Assembly (NCBI GenBank): GCA_002633005.1
Contig: NMRA01000036.1
Span: 372,001 to 436,000 of the forward strand
DNA: 64,000 nt
Direction of reading: 5' to 3'
Source of the DNA: Phoronis australis
Lineage: Eukaryota > Animalia > Phoronida
The notes below the pieces were generated by a model, which saw nothing but the letters and a program-made list of their open reading frames with translations, made no database searches and was not told where the DNA came from. Of this stretch, positions 25,725 to 38,951 are shown piece by piece. Position numbers and translations under genes: made by a program. Position 1 is the stretch's first letter. Every line of letters begins with the position of its first letter.

Positions 25725-26187
25725 TTAAAGGAATTACAAGGAGAGTGATGAATAATGAAACCGAATTTTTGTGGTTTTCGTTCGCAAAATCACAGCAAGG
25801 ATGACCTACTCAGAATTGACTGCATCGAAAGCATTGACCGTTTCCTCACAATACGACATCAATCCAATTTTATTAATGGAGATCACTTTGCTTTCTTTTG
25901 TATGAAGGTTTCTATATGCTTTCGGTTCTTTGATCACTACTTTAAGAAAAAATAATTGCTATGACACAACAAAAGAACGACATCACGGTGAAACACATGG
26001 TAACACCAGCAATTACTTTTCGGCGAATTACTCACTCAGCATTCAAAATAGATATTTGTGGTAAACGTGCAATGCATTACACAACAGATTAAGTGCACGC
26101 AAAATGAATATTCAATACAAATGGAAACCAACAAGGCGCTATGCAAAATAGTGCTTAACCAAAAACAAAGCTTTCCAGTGGTCTTAC

Positions 26188-26322
26188 TTGGGATCATCGC
26201 CGTGGTCGATGCAGTGATCATTGGCGGTTGGATGCATACGTCAGGATCACTGGAGTCTGGATACGTGTCACACGGCCGCGGCATGGGTACCGATGACGTA
26301 TTTGAACAACTCGATGCAGCGG
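26188..26322 (-). CDS. Corin-like gene exon: Frizzled CRD 2, C-terminal half plus linker
   Basis: AAASSCSNTSSVPMPRPCDTYPDSSDPDVCIQPPMITASTTAMIP; cctttag| acceptor, |gtaaga donor; 135 nt, phase 1-1. Confidence 0.88.
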
Positions 26323-28181
26323 CTAAAGGATGGGAGATGCATTACAATAATCCATGTGGTCGACAAAAACAACGTTACAAAAGACTGTCTCCAAAAGTTT
26401 GTACCTTATGTGGAATTCGAAATTCCGATTCTTTTGGAAAAAATGTTTAACACTTTGAGGAAAGATCATCCAGAGACTGCAGTTCGAGACTACCAAATTT
26501 TAAGAAACGAATTTATGTAACTTTCATTCAAAAAACATGAACTCATGTTTGGGTTACCCTGTATTACACACTGAAGAGCGAGAGTGTTTGGTGAATTAGA
26601 GGAAAGGCCTTCAAAGAAAAATAAGAGCCTGTTTGCCGAGGACCTACAAAAATTAACCTTTGTCTCCAGCAACCATTGTCACCACCAAAATGTACTAGAG
26701 TTTCGACTCGAAAATTTACTACCTGCGTGGCACGTTTCAAATAAATTTTCAATATTTTCATCGAAACGATAGGCCAAATTTCGAATGAAGTCTCGAGGAA
26801 AATTTTATTATGGCCAAAAATCGTGGCCTTGAGATACGAGCAAAAGGGCATTACGTTAAATAGATCATTGTGAACACTCGTTTTGGTATGGGACTCAACT
26901 TTTAGGAACTTTAAACATACTGAACAGAAATGAGTCTTAAAATTAATATAAAAACTATGGATATGTGTTGCTAAAAATCTGAAAAGACGCATTACTGCGT
27001 TCCAGTTGACGGAATACGTGGCCTATTTGTGACTTGGGTTTTAATCCAACAACCCACGATCCGATTGTAGGCTTGAATATGAGGCCTGCGTTCCGTAGAT
27101 CCAAGACAATCTCGTTGTGTCGTCACGTACTTCATAATGCAGGGCGATATCTAGCGAAAGCTTTAATGAACCTGCGTCTTCGTGATTTCATTGGGTCTGG
27201 AAAGCTGACCAGTATCCTACCCTTGTATTCCTTTGGTAGTTAAGGTTTACTTACACAGGACCTTATCGCCAAATCTGTGTATATAGCCGAATACCTGAAA
27301 AACTGTAGATTTTAACTCAGAAAAAGTATACATCTTCAGAAAGTGGAAAGCCTGCAGAAGTTGACTTTATACCAATACGCCATTGGTTGAGTCACGTGAC
27401 TGTGTCTCTTGAGTAAAAATAGGAAAAAAGAAATGTACGCTCGAACCAAAATAACGACATCAATAACGTCACCAAATTTACTTTGATAAAAATGTTGAAT
27501 GAAATCTCAAAAAAGCTGTCACAGTTTTCTAAATTTTCATTTCGGTTTTGGTTTAAGCAACTTTTGATTTCTACATAAAAACAGGAAAGTACTAATTTTT
27601 GGTAGCAGCTCATGCAAAAGTGAAATATTAAAAATTATAATAAAGTTTTGGAAAACAATGCACAAAGCATAGTACTTAAACGTTTCAAATGAATCTGATT
27701 AGCCATTTCTGCTACATGTATATGATGTTCCAAAGTATGACAAATGTACAGATTTTTTTGAGTCCTAGAAAACCTTAAATTGTTAGCATGCGTGGTTACT
27801 CATTCCTATCGCGCGTTGTGCTCTCTTATCATTTTACCTTTGTCTTTGACAATGAGCAAACATATGTTCGAAAATTTGGAATCGATATGTCATGCTTATT
27901 CTATGTGTTGTGTTGTTGCCCATACCCACGGTCAGACAGTTGCTAAGTGGATTCAAGTCAGAACACAAGATTTTATTCTATCAGCTGGATCGCAGAGAAA
28001 TAAAAGTTGTACGCAATACGTCTTGTCAAACTTTTAACAAAACACGTCTGAAGCTAGGAAAGACACCAAACATTAACTACGAATAGCCTATAAACATTAG
28101 TTTATTCAGCGGATAGCTTCATTCTGTTTTAAGTTACGTGTTATGAAATAGGTGAACCCAAACATGTGTATTTATAGACCA

Positions 28182-28334
28182 GCCTCCCGTTCAGTAACGC
28201 TAGGACCTCGGTAAAAAGCAAGACTTCGCGAGATTACGTGAGATATTGCCGTGTATTTTAAATGAGAGCACGTGACTTTGACTAGGTTTTAGCTAGGTCC
28301 TAGCGTAGGTCCTAGCGTCTACGAAACGCACGCC
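28182..28334 (-). mobile_element. ~153-bp MITE (copies at 59727-59879, 61872-62023, 13612-13741)
   Basis: Near-identical reverse complement of the other copies; imperfect ~28-bp TIR with core CGTTCAGTA.CGCTAGGACCT. Confidence 0.85.
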
Positions 28335-28364
28335 TGATAACAGCTAATAGCTCTGCTTAGTTAC

Positions 28365-28622
28365 CTTCGCAAAGTCTTCGGCAGGGCGGAAGTTTAAGGT
28401 ACGTCCTCTGACACTTTGGAGTCAAAATTGCGCATGCGTAGACATGTAAATACTGGGAACACGTGTTCGAAGTGGACGAGCAGTAACTTGCAACCAATTC
28501 AACAACAAGTTCAGCCTCGAGCTGGCGCAGGTGATTCATGAAGTTTGGAAAGACTGTTTCATGCCAACCCACCTGTTGGCAAAATTCGAGCGCGATGGCT
28601 TCGCATTTCGGGGACGAAGATG
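28365..28622 (-). CDS. Corin-like gene exon: Frizzled CRD 2, N-terminal half
   Basis: SPKCEAIALEFCQQVGWHETVFPNFMNH...CSQYLHVYACAILTPKC...PPCRRLCE, a classic FZ pattern; tttttgcag| acceptor, |gtaact donor; 258 nt, phase 1-1. Confidence 0.93.
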
Positions 28623-29150
28623 CTGCAAAAAGAAATCCTCGCCTATAAGAAATATTAACCGAATGAAAACAATGAACAATCGATCTGGTGTATTAAGGCT
28701 AGTCAATTTTCTGGCAATCGCGATTTAATGATGAAAAACATTTTTGCAAACCATGCGTCATAATTTTCTGCAAAGTGTTTCAATGATGGGTGTGGAATTA
28801 TACATTGGTGTGTTTAAAAATGATTGCCAAGTGCACTAAAGGAGCGTTTAATCAAAGTCTGTCCCAACTTTGGCGACGCTTGCATTGAAAACTGCACTAT
28901 TACTGGCAAAGTGACTGGTTGACTTAAAAACCAAAGTCTAAAATCTTCCATTTTTGTTGCTAACAAAGTAGGACATAGATGATCACTCTTTTACCCACGT
29001 CTACATTTCAAATTTATTCAGAAAGAGTAGACGTTTTGTGCCTCTGTATTCTTTGTTGGAAAACAAAAACGAATAACGAAAGGAGCAAAAACAATCAATG
29101 TTGGCTGTGATGATCTATGATGTTACGATAAATAACAATGTTTGTCTTAC

Positions 29151-29318
29151 TTGTACTTCCGGGTGCAATTGATGTAGGAGGCGGAAATGAGGACATGCTT
29201 GTCGAAGAAACACGTGGTGGTCGAATGCAATGCCCGTCATCCAGGGGATAATCAGTACATTGGAAGATGTATGAACTTTCAAGACCTGAGAGGGCTTTAT
29301 CACAGTTTCTTTTGACAG
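29151..29318 (-). CDS. Corin-like gene exon: Frizzled CRD 1, C-terminal half plus S/T/P linker
   Basis: AVKRNCDKALSGLESSYIFQCTDYPLDDGHCIRPP...; atttcag| acceptor, |gtaaga donor; 168 nt, phase 1-1. Confidence 0.9.
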
Positions 29319-29726
29319 CTGAAATGTGTATATTCACAAGAAAAATCAAAATAAAACCATAGCCATTTAGGTGACAAAATTTCAACTGCTCTCAGTTGGA
29401 ATAACAACACTCTGTCGGGATTTCTCGTCGTAACGTAATAAAGCTTTTTGTATAGGAAAATAAAAAGGTTGAACACGATCATAATAAGCTAATCAAGAAG
29501 ACTTCAGGAGGTACCTTTTGCTTTCTTAATTTGCAAACACAAAGAAGAAGGCGATAATTAGGAAGGTGATTATGAAGAAATTCTAAAGTTAACTGAGTTG
29601 TATAATTTATGAAGATTTCTTAACAACGAATTCTCAAATTGTCATAACCCAAAGAAGTAACAATAAAACGCCGTAGCTTAGTTCAATATTCTAGTCCACA
29701 ACATGTCCATGTCATAAAGATTACTC

Positions 29727-30234
29727 GTATGTGTTGATGAAAACAACGATGGATTTAAATCGGCTTGACATGTTTCGGCGTTTGCTAAAACACAATCCCC
29801 AGAAGCAAAAACAGTGGCCACCTTGCTAGGCCCAACAACAAATAATGATACACAGACACAGTCAGTTACACGGGAGTATAACAGTAGATTAGACTAACAA
29901 GGACAACCTGTGGTGTGCCAGTTGCCTATTGAGACTGGACTTACATGTAACGCCTCAAGAATTTTCAGCTCCGTTGTTTCTGCTTGGTCTAATAGATAGC
30001 CCACATCAATTGGAGTAGTCTAAGCCCAGTCTCACTTGGCAATTGGCAAACCACAAGTTGTCCTTATTAGTCTAGTCTATTGTTATACTCCCGTGTAACT
30101 GGCTGTATCTGTGTATCATTATTTGTTGGGCCTAGCAAGATGGCAACTGTTTTTGCTTCTGAGGATGGTGTTTTAATAAGCGCCGAAACATGTCAAGCCG
30201 ATTCAAATCCATTGTTGCTTTTATCTACATATAC
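29727..30234. mobile_element. Long inverted repeat (~215-bp arms, ~75-bp loop); Penelope-like inverted pLTR remnant
   Basis: 29727-29944 is the diverged reverse complement of 30020-30234. Each arm has a hammerhead motif of the type known from Penelope-like element pLTRs. Confidence 0.75.
30155..30198 (+). ncRNA. Minimal type I hammerhead ribozyme
   Basis: GCUU-CUGAGGA-U-GGUGUUU(UAAU)AAGCGCC-GAAA-CAU-GUC^AAGC. Stem I is GCUU/AAGC, the core is CUGANGA...GAAA, stem II has 7 bp, stem III is the minimal palindrome ACAUGU, and the cleavage triplet is GUC (after 30194). Confidence 0.8.
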
Positions 30235-30273
30235 TGCTTCTTGCTATCTAGGAGATTAAGCGCATTCATGTAC

Positions 30274-30518
30274 CTTCACAGTAGCGTCGACAGGGTAAGA
30301 CGTGGTTAGTGTCGCCATCACACATGGGCATTACGCGCACGCACAGCACGAACGCAACATGTTCATAGCACGTGCCCAGTCTCTGAATGTAAAGATCAAT
30401 ATTCGTCGTATTCTGGTCTGTGATTGGTCGTGAAGTTAGATTGTAGGGCAACACTGTGCGGCATTGAGGAATAGTCACTGGGTGACATCTATTGGTGACA
30501 ACAGAAGGCGTCGTTGAT
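30274..30518 (-). CDS. Corin-like gene exon: Frizzled CRD 1, N-terminal half
   Basis: RCHPVTIPQCRTVLPYNLTSRP...TCYEHVAFVLCVRVMPMC...LPCRRYCE; gtttccag| acceptor, |gtacat donor; 245 nt, phase 2-1. Confidence 0.92.
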
Positions 30519-30733
30519 CTGGAAACAGAGATTTTTTGGGCTCTCAATCACTAATCTCAAGGTCGTTAACACCGCCCAGGCCTAAGTCGAATTATAACGT
30601 GCATATATTCAATTAGGAACTAGTCTTCTCAGGAATGATTCTCAATGTAAAACTATTTTCTAGCAATCAAACGTGGGTGTATTCATTTGTTGCTCATTAT
30701 GAAAGCTTAGAAAATGTCGTTCTCGTTACTTAC

Positions 30734-30785
30734 TGTGATTCGATGACGTTCTCAGGAAAACTGTGAGCGTCTGAAGTTGGCTTAT
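30734..30785 (-). CDS. Corin-like gene linker exon
   Basis: ctttttag| ... |gtaagt; 52 nt, phase 1-2. Bridges the SEA exon (ends phase 1) to the FZ1 exon (starts phase 2) exactly; encodes DKPTSDAHSFPENVIESQ. Confidence 0.75.
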
Positions 30786-30933
30786 CTAAAAAGCAATTAT
30801 CAAACTACGATTGACCCTTTTTACAAAGAAGAGGATACGACACATTGCAAGGGATACGACCAATGAAAACAAGGGAACGTACATCTATATTTCAGGACGG
30901 TTTCCAGATTACACTTCAATCTCGCGGTATTTA

Positions 30934-31866
30934 CAGTGGCGGATCTAGGATATCACAAGGGGGGGGCCCAACATTTTGTCCGGCTGTAAACATTNNNNNN
31001 NNNNNNNNNNNNNNNNNNNNNNNNNNNNNNNNNNNNNNNNNNNNNNNNNNNNNNNNNNNNNNNNNNNNNNNNNNNNNNNNNNNNNNNNNNNNNNNNNNNN
31101 NNNNNNNNNNNNNNNNNNNNNNNNNNNNNNNNNNNNNNNNNNNNNNNNNNNNNNNNNNNNNNNNNNNNNNNNNNNNNNNNNNNNNNNNNNNNNNNNNNNN
31201 NNNNNNNNNNNNNNNNNNNNNNNNNNNNNNNNNNNNNNNNNNNNNNNNNNNNNNNNNNNNNNNNNNNNNNNNNNNNNNNNNNNNNNNNNNNNNNNNNNNN
31301 NNNNNNNNNNNNNNNNNNNNNNNNNNNNNNNNNNNNNNNNNNNNNNNNNNNNNNNNNNNNNNNNNNNNNNNNNNNNNNNNNNNNNNNNNNNNNNNNNNNN
31401 NNNNNNNNNNNNNNNNNNNNNNNNNNNNNNNNNNNNNNNNNNNNNNNNNNNNNNNNNNNNNNNNNNNNNNNNNNNNNNNNNNNNNNNNNNNNNNNNNNNN
31501 NNNNNNNNNNNNNNNNNNNNNNNNNNNNNNNNNNNNNNNNNNNNNNNNNNNNNNNNNNNNNNNNNNNNNNNNNNNNNNNNNNNNNNNNNNNNNNNNNNNN
31601 NNNNNNNNNNNNNNNNNNNNNNNNNNNNNNNNNNNNNNNNNNNNNNNNNNNNNNNNNNNNNNNNNNNNNNNNNNNNNNNNNNNNNNNNNNNNNNNNNNNN
31701 NNNNNNNNNNNNNNNNNNNNNNNNNNNNTTTTCATCCGTATAATTTTAATTACCGGGGTTAATTAATAAACTCACCATTTCCCTACGCTCTTACTGTTTT
31801 ATTTTTTTGCGGCAGCCAAGGGGGGGGGGCCGGGCCCCCTGGGCCCCCCCCCTAAATCCGCCTATG
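30934..31866. mobile_element. TIR element with GC-rich ends spanning an assembly gap
   Basis: CAGTGGCGGATCTAGG ... CCTAAATCCGCCTATG imperfect TIR; ATTTA on both flanks; interior is mostly N. Confidence 0.65.
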
Positions 31867-31945
31867 ATTTACCCATAATTTTCATCTGCATTAACTGTAT
31901 TCGGTCTTCCGAAGTTTTGCTGCTGTACTGCAGGGTACAACTCAC

Positions 31946-32014
31946 ACGGCAGGCAGTTAAATAAACTTGAGAAGTGTCCGTGTATGCGATATTTTGCGTC
32001 ACGGTCCTTAGAAT
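31946..32014 (-). CDS. Possible 69-nt symmetric linker exon of the corin-like gene
   Basis: ccctcgtcttag| ... |gtgagt; phase 1-1 and open (DSKDRDAKYRIHGHFSSLFNCLP). No domain support. Confidence 0.3.
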
Positions 32015-32699
32015 CTAAGACGAGGGCAGCGTCATGACGCGTTTTCCTACCTCCAGGACAAAGGAGATTTCTATCCGGGACCGTTCTATTGAGATGTCAT
32101 GTGAAAGATTTTAGTGCTACACAAAAGACTTACAAATATATCGAGACCACCAACGAAATAATCTCGAAATAGAGAGATTGGATACCAACATTTAAAGTTT
32201 GTTTAGAGCTAATAATGGGAAGATAACTATGTTACGTTCGATTAATTCTCGTATGAAGAAAAAAGTTCATTTTGGTACGTTCCCAGATTTGAAAACAATG
32301 AGCACAGAGGCGACAAAGGTCATTATATTATGACTACAGACAACAACAGAAAAATACCAAATGTACAGGCAAATTACACAAGATGAATGAAAATGAGCCA
32401 ACAACACGATCCTTCAGTGTTAACTAACAACCTGATCAGATAATGGTTCTGAAAAAAAAACACCAAGTACGTTTTTCATGAAACACCAGAACACCATGAA
32501 AACATGTCAGATTCTTTTTAACAATGCATGGTTGTTGTCGTATAAAACCAACACAGGCCCTGAATTTCCTTGACTGCCACACTGATTCAGCGGCTGAACC
32601 TAACACGCCCTGGCAAGCAATCTTCACGGGCCTGACAGTACTTATCAAGCCTATTTGCCCGTAACCAGCTATGTGACAACGGGGAGGGGTTTCTAATTA

Positions 32700-33400
32700 G
32701 CGGACCATTCGCTTTACTCTCTCCAGTCACGGTCGCATCACAGTCCCAGATGCTTCAGTCTCCGTCTGTCCGTACGTCTGTCCAGTTTTCAGTGATGTGT
32801 CTCCATCCCTCTTCCGTGAATATTTGTGGAATTCTGCAAACATGTTCCTATCATGGACGGCACAACACCACTGGATATTTCAGGCACCGTCGACTAACCT
32901 TGTGTCCTTTAGGGGCAAGTTTTGAATTTTTACGTTAGTTTCTATATCTACAAAGTGCCCCGACAGATTCTCATGAGACTTGACATAGAGGTTTCCGTTG
33001 TAAAGGCAACAGCCTTCCATTGGGATTCTACACAATCTATGCCCTCTGAGGATCACAATGAAATTTCACAGATGTGCTCTTATTGAAATGGACGCGGCTG
33101 ACATTGATTTTCAGACGTGTCGTTGTGGCGACTTTTTTCTTCAAATTCAAAACTATATTCCAGAAATTTGACCGAAAATAAGTTTCTAATAAGAAGACGA
33201 CGACACCTTTCCATTTTCAAATGGATTCAACCTATTCTGGGTCCCCCCTAGAGGCTATTTTAATCAGTTTCGGTCTATTCTGGCGTTCACCTTTACATCC
33301 GCAAAAGTGTTTTATGGATCATTATGAAGTTTTACAGATGTGGCCCCGCAGACATGATCACCACCACAAAAACTCACACACACAAAAATACTCGCACCAC
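32700..33400. mobile_element. Probable Helentron-associated (DINE-1/HINE-like) non-autonomous element; boundaries approximate
   Basis: Short GTCY microsatellite (TCCGTCTGTCCGTACGTCTGTCC, 32761-32783) followed by diverged repeated cores, an organisation typical of this class. Confidence 0.35.
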
Positions 33401-33595
33401 AGACAGTTTTTGGTGTAAACGAATGAGCAATTGGAATTAAAAATTGTCTGTGGTAAGCGTGCTTTAGAGTGGTTAAACGTTCAGGCTTGTAATAAGTTTT
33501 TGTGAGTGGTAAGTTTTTATGCTGTGTGGTAGGAGCTGGTTTCCTCCTCAGACCTGGTATAGAAGAAAGAATCAAAATCAACATCTTTGACTTAC

Positions 33596-33789
33596 CATAG
33601 CTGAATGTGAAACCCTGTGGGTCAACTATATAGCGACCCCACAATGCCCTCTTCGCTTCTATTTTGATTTCACTTTTAATGATTAATTCAATGGTTTTCG
33701 TTGTGATGCCGTCAACTGTCACCTTGCGCTGCTCTTGGGAAATGGGTGACTTAAAGTTAACTTGATATGTAATAACAACACTGCCGGGC
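33596..33789 (-). CDS. Corin-like gene exon: SEA domain, C-terminal part
   Basis: xPGSVVITYQVNF...YIVDPQGFTFSY, containing the SEA G^SVVx motif; ccatttcag| acceptor, |gtaagt donor; 194 nt, phase 2-1. Confidence 0.9.
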
Positions 33790-36700
33790 CTGAAATGGAA
33801 AGTTAGAACGATTCATTGCCAAGATAGCTCATGTTCATTTTCGGCAGCAGCTCAAGAAACGTGTTTCTTTAAATGTCTTACTGGACAGACAAAAACCGAT
33901 GGTCGTGCCATCTATTGACTGGAATCGCTTTGATTTTCCATCTGCTGTTAAGAAACTATTTCCCAAAATCCTTGCCCACACAACGTCTTTTTCTTATCCG
34001 AAAAAGCTCATGCACGGGCGAAAAGTGAGTGTGGGGGGCGTGGGAATAATTCCCGAGATAACTGTATATTGTCAAGACAAACTAAATGTTCAACTCGTGA
34101 GGCTTATATATGACTTGGAGGAGAAAACGCGATGACACGAGGAGAGGATTGGGTGAGGGGGTGGGGGTGCAAACTTGTAACAACCGGGGGGGGGGGGNNN
34201 NNNNNNNNNNNNNNNNNNNNNNNNNNNNNNNNNNNNNNNNNNNNNNNNNNNNNNNNNNNNNNNNNNNNNNNNNNNNNNNNNNNNNNNNNNNNNNNNNNNN
34301 NNNNNNNNNNNNNNNNNNNNNNNNNNNNNNNNNNNNNNNNNNNNNNNNNNNNNNNNNNNNNNNNNNNNNNNNNNNNNNNNNNNNNNNNNNNNNNNNNNNN
34401 NNNNNNNNNNNNNNNNNNNNNNNNNNNNNNNNNNNNNNNNNNNNNNNNNNNNNNNNNNNNNNNNNNNNNNNNNNNNNNNNNNNNNNNNNNNNNNNNNNNN
34501 NNNNNNNNNNNNNNNNNNNNNNNNNNNNNNNNNNNNNNNNNNNNNNNNNNNNNNNNNNNNNNNNNNNNNNNNNNNNNNNNNNNNNNNNNNNNNNNNNNNN
34601 NNNNNNNNNNNNNNNNNNNNNNNNNNNNNNNNNNNNNNNNNNNNNNNNNNNNNNNNNNNNNNNNNNNNNNNNNNNNNNNNNNNNNNNNNNNNNNNNNNNN
34701 NNNNNNNNNNNNNNNNNNNNNNNNNNNNNNNNNNNNNNNNNNATAGACAAGTACACGGATACGTCGACTTCGAATGACTCGGGATAGCGACAGAAATAGT
34801 TGAGAGAACCGAGGTTCAGAACAAATTAATCTTGCTGTTTACGAGTAAGAATCAAGCTGTGATTTCCAAATGTTTGTACATTCTGATTTCTTGTTTAACT
34901 GGCAAGAAGTCCCAAAACACCTAACTCACCTCGACCGCTTGCTTGACATGTGTCTCTTCCGTCAGCTGATTCGTGTGCATTATGGGTAATCTCTCCACTG
35001 GCAACCCCCGCATAAATAATGAGGTTTGGCTGAAAGTCCGCCCACTTTTTATAAATTTAAAAAAACTAATAGTAAAATAACGAGAGTATGTACATGGCTG
35101 TAATTTACGAAAAGAGTTAATTTTAGTGATATCTTTCGATTGGCAAAGCTCAATTTGTGATCTAAGCAGGCGAAAGTAAAGGAAATAGTGACTTTAAGCC
35201 ATTGCGGGGCCCGTAACGTAAGTGGGAGCGCGGGGGCCTACTCAAGAACTTGTACAACGATTGTCTCAAAGCAAAATCAAAATAGGTGGAATAGTTTTCA
35301 ATTTTGAGATAGAAAGCATTTGAGACGGCTTCTACATGTATATGATAAGACAATGTGTTCACTAGGCAACACTTGCTGTTGATCGAATTAGACAATTTCA
35401 GTATAATTCACAAACCGCTAATCAGGGGCGCTAGGCTATTACCAATTCTACTATCAAGAATACTATCGTTGTCAAATATATATATTTTGCGCAAATTTAG
35501 GTTTGCAGATTTTGCCACTATGCATTTTAACAAAAACCCGAACAATTCAGTCATGGTTACACATAAAGGAATGCCTGGCGCCTTGGTGAGCACTTCAAGG
35601 AGCTGCTTTTTGTGCGGAAGCTTAAACTTCGAGCAGCGCTACGACACCTACAATTCCTTGAACATCGCTTACTCAGAGGGGTCTCAAACCCTTGAACCTA
35701 CACATATTAAAAATGGCAAACCTTCCAGATCAGGTTCGCATCACCCGATGTCAATACTTCCTAAAGGCGTAGAAACAGATATACGCTTATGTGCCTGTAA
35801 AAATGCTGTGAGCTCGGGGCCCCAAGAAGAGCGGGGCCGAAGAATATGCTACAGCTGCTATAGTGTTAATGCGGCATTGAATCAGCCCAGTTAAGCCCTA
35901 ACAGTATGGGTGACAATCAGTGACGCTGTCCACCCTTAATTTCGGATGATATTGCACAGAGTGCTGATATTTACAAATGTTGTGCCTCTCTACGACATCT
36001 TAAACTGTAGAAATTTTACATCAATCTCCGCATCCTTAGTACGCAGTTCAGTCGATTTAAACAAATGGTGCGATTTCAAATTGTTGGGTCGATTTCTGCA
36101 TGCACACAACTTAGCGTGAACCGGGAACGCAATACAGACCCGATAAACACAGCTAGAAAATTGGAAGGTTTGTACCAAACTTTTTATCGCGACGTCAAGT
36201 TCCGGTCACTGTTATTCATGCACTTGAGAAAATAGACATCGTTCATTGTTTCGGGGCGGTGTCTCGGACCGATCGAGTTCCTGACTTGAGGTCTGGGGTG
36301 CGCTCCATTGACCTAGTTTCTAGCGAGAAAAGCATGATCTCGCATGACTTCGCGAGATACCCTCATGAATTGCAAAAGAAGCACGTGATCCCGTTAGTTT
36401 CCTTAGCGAGATTGTTCCGTCTACGAAACTCTTCATAGACTTGACGGCAGTGGCGATGTGCCAAATGAGTAATCGTAAGGTCACAATTCCAGCTAGTGAA
36501 CAGGTGCATCGGCTTAGCTTGTGTTTTTTACCGGAAAAGTGATTAATTAAGCCACTATAAACCATGTTTTGGTGTTAAGAACGTCGACTTCAGTTTCTTT
36601 CAACGAAACATGACAGCGTTCGTGCCATTTGTTTGCACTGAAACTCGTATATGACAGATGAATCGCCTGTGAAATACCCTTGACGGCCACCATTGACTGA

Positions 36701-38951
36701 AACTAGAACCTCACCACAAGCGATTTCTCATTAGCATTTCTAATCAGAGTAAGAAACAAGGTGCATCAATTTTATACCCGAAAGTGCGGATAAATCAAAA
36801 TATGCCATTTGCCAAGACGCATGGGTTTTTTTACCCTTTTAAAGTTCAAAACTTCGAACAATAAGTAAGAGTGACAAAAATTGTTGGCCTCGTCAAACGC
36901 GGAAATAGTTGGTTTAGCGAACGTTTGGTCAAAACTTTTTGATTAAGCTATGATTTCTTCCTCGTGCCCTGGCACATGCTCGGTGATTAAAAGCTGTTTG
37001 ATTCCCATGTCAGTTTAAAAGTTTCCGTTATGTACAGTAGTATCAGCTGCAGTTACAAGCAAGCAATTTCATAGACTGCTGGTAACGTCGATAGCACCTC
37101 GGGTAGTTTCGTAACTTCAAATTTACCCTCGGAAGTGAAAGTTATCTAAGCGGGGGCGCGAAATAGAATCACAAGTCCAATCATTCTACTGCGGCTCGAC
37201 CAAATGATACCCTTGACGCAACACAAGGAAAGCTTGGCACTTCGGCAGCTACAGAATCCTGGTCATTAGCCACAGACTAACAACGAATTCTCAACACGGT
37301 GGTCGTAGTTGTTTTGGTCATTGGCAGCAAAAATTCTTCAACCCAAGGGTTAGTCGGACAATGAATATGGGTCAGCTGCCACGTTGCGTGTCTATACAAG
37401 AGCGTGCCCCATTACGAACTCATGAGGGGATACTGAGAAAGCTAAAGAATCGACAGAAGCCTGTGTTTTGTTCTACAGCACTTGTGTATTATACCTTTGA
37501 GGTCAAAATCCTTGAAGACCACTGATTCCATGAATAGCTGCACCTTCACAAAAACTATAGAAATCATTTTGAAATATGCCTTGTCAATAGTTAGCGATAG
37601 AGTTGGAAGGAGATCGTTTTTTATCCTCGGTGGCAAAATGGCGTTTACAATCTAAAATAAGCGCAATGAAACTAACTGGGTTTAAGTGCTAATTAATAGA
37701 AATCCGCGATAAATAAGTTGTATAAGATGTTGGGCGAGTATCTCGCTAAAAGAACAATCACAATTTAGACGTTGTTAGGTTTACTTGTCATTCGTATCTT
37801 AGTAGGCGGGCCATTGCTATTCGCAGCTAGACTTTTATTAATAACAGGGCGTCCAGCTTGACGACAAGTAACTGAAGACTTCAGACAGATATTTTACGCA
37901 CAGTCGGCGCTATCATGAAATGAAAATTGTGCCATGAAATTATCAGAAAACTACAGTTTATCAGTAAGTTATGTGGAATTATCTGGCTATTTTGCACAAT
38001 AGTCTCAGATGCTTTGCTTTTTGCAGAAGTGAGACTAAATTATTTCGGTGGCGGATACAGGGCAGGTAGAAGGGGCCTCTTCACCGAGCACTCTCAGAAA
38101 ATGTCGCCTGCGTGCCTTTTTCAGGTATTACGCGGACATTTCCTTAAAAATTTGCATGCCCCCACTTGCAACATCCTAGATTTGCCAGATAGTTGTGAGG
38201 AGGGTGCAACAAAATTTATGACTGAAGACTTTGGTTTAGTCTTTTACGTGTACTCTCTGGAATCTTTGGTCAATATCGGGGATGTCGTGAATTTGTTTGT
38301 CCAAGACCAAGATTAACAGAGGCAAAAACATATTCACACGTAACAAATATTTCTTAAAATTAAAATTCAATAAGGAATAATTTGAAATTAAATTCCCTTC
38401 GCGCGACAGGCATCGAGAAAAAAACACTCAAAAGTATTTTGCAATCTTGCAGAAGAATTATAAACACGTAAGCCCGGGAAAAATACTTTTCCGACCTATA
38501 CTGGTACCTAGGCATCTAACATAAGTACCTGTAGTCCACATTTTGGACGACTCGGTCGAGCAGTGTGCACGTGTTTTGCGTACTCATTATATACGGTTCA
38601 GGTAGTGGTTATATGTATCACCCATGCTCTTTCCTCTATTTAAATCAACACATGAATATTTAGATTCGAAAAATTGTCTTGAATCAGCGTGTCAGGAATT
38701 AGCGCGACTGAATAGAGACGACAAGTTTTAAGATGTTAAAATAAATTGTTGGACAAGCTTTTAGAAGATCGAATTCCAGTTTTCTGACTTACTACAAAGG
38801 ATCGTTGGCGTGCATTTCAATCAAAGGAAACAAAGTCATGTCTAGTCCTTTACCAGGAGTGCGTTCCGTAGAAGCGTAGGGCGAATTTGTATCCCCTTCA
38901 GTTTCTTTTTAAGTGATTTCGGCAAATAGTATTAAGGAAAATGTGTCTCAC

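Noticed and set aside
27255-27294. Exon-like 40-nt segment (tttttcag|...|gtaagt) in the FZ2 intron
   Set aside because: Not phase-symmetric and contains a stop in the required frame; the flanking FZ2 exons join correctly without it.
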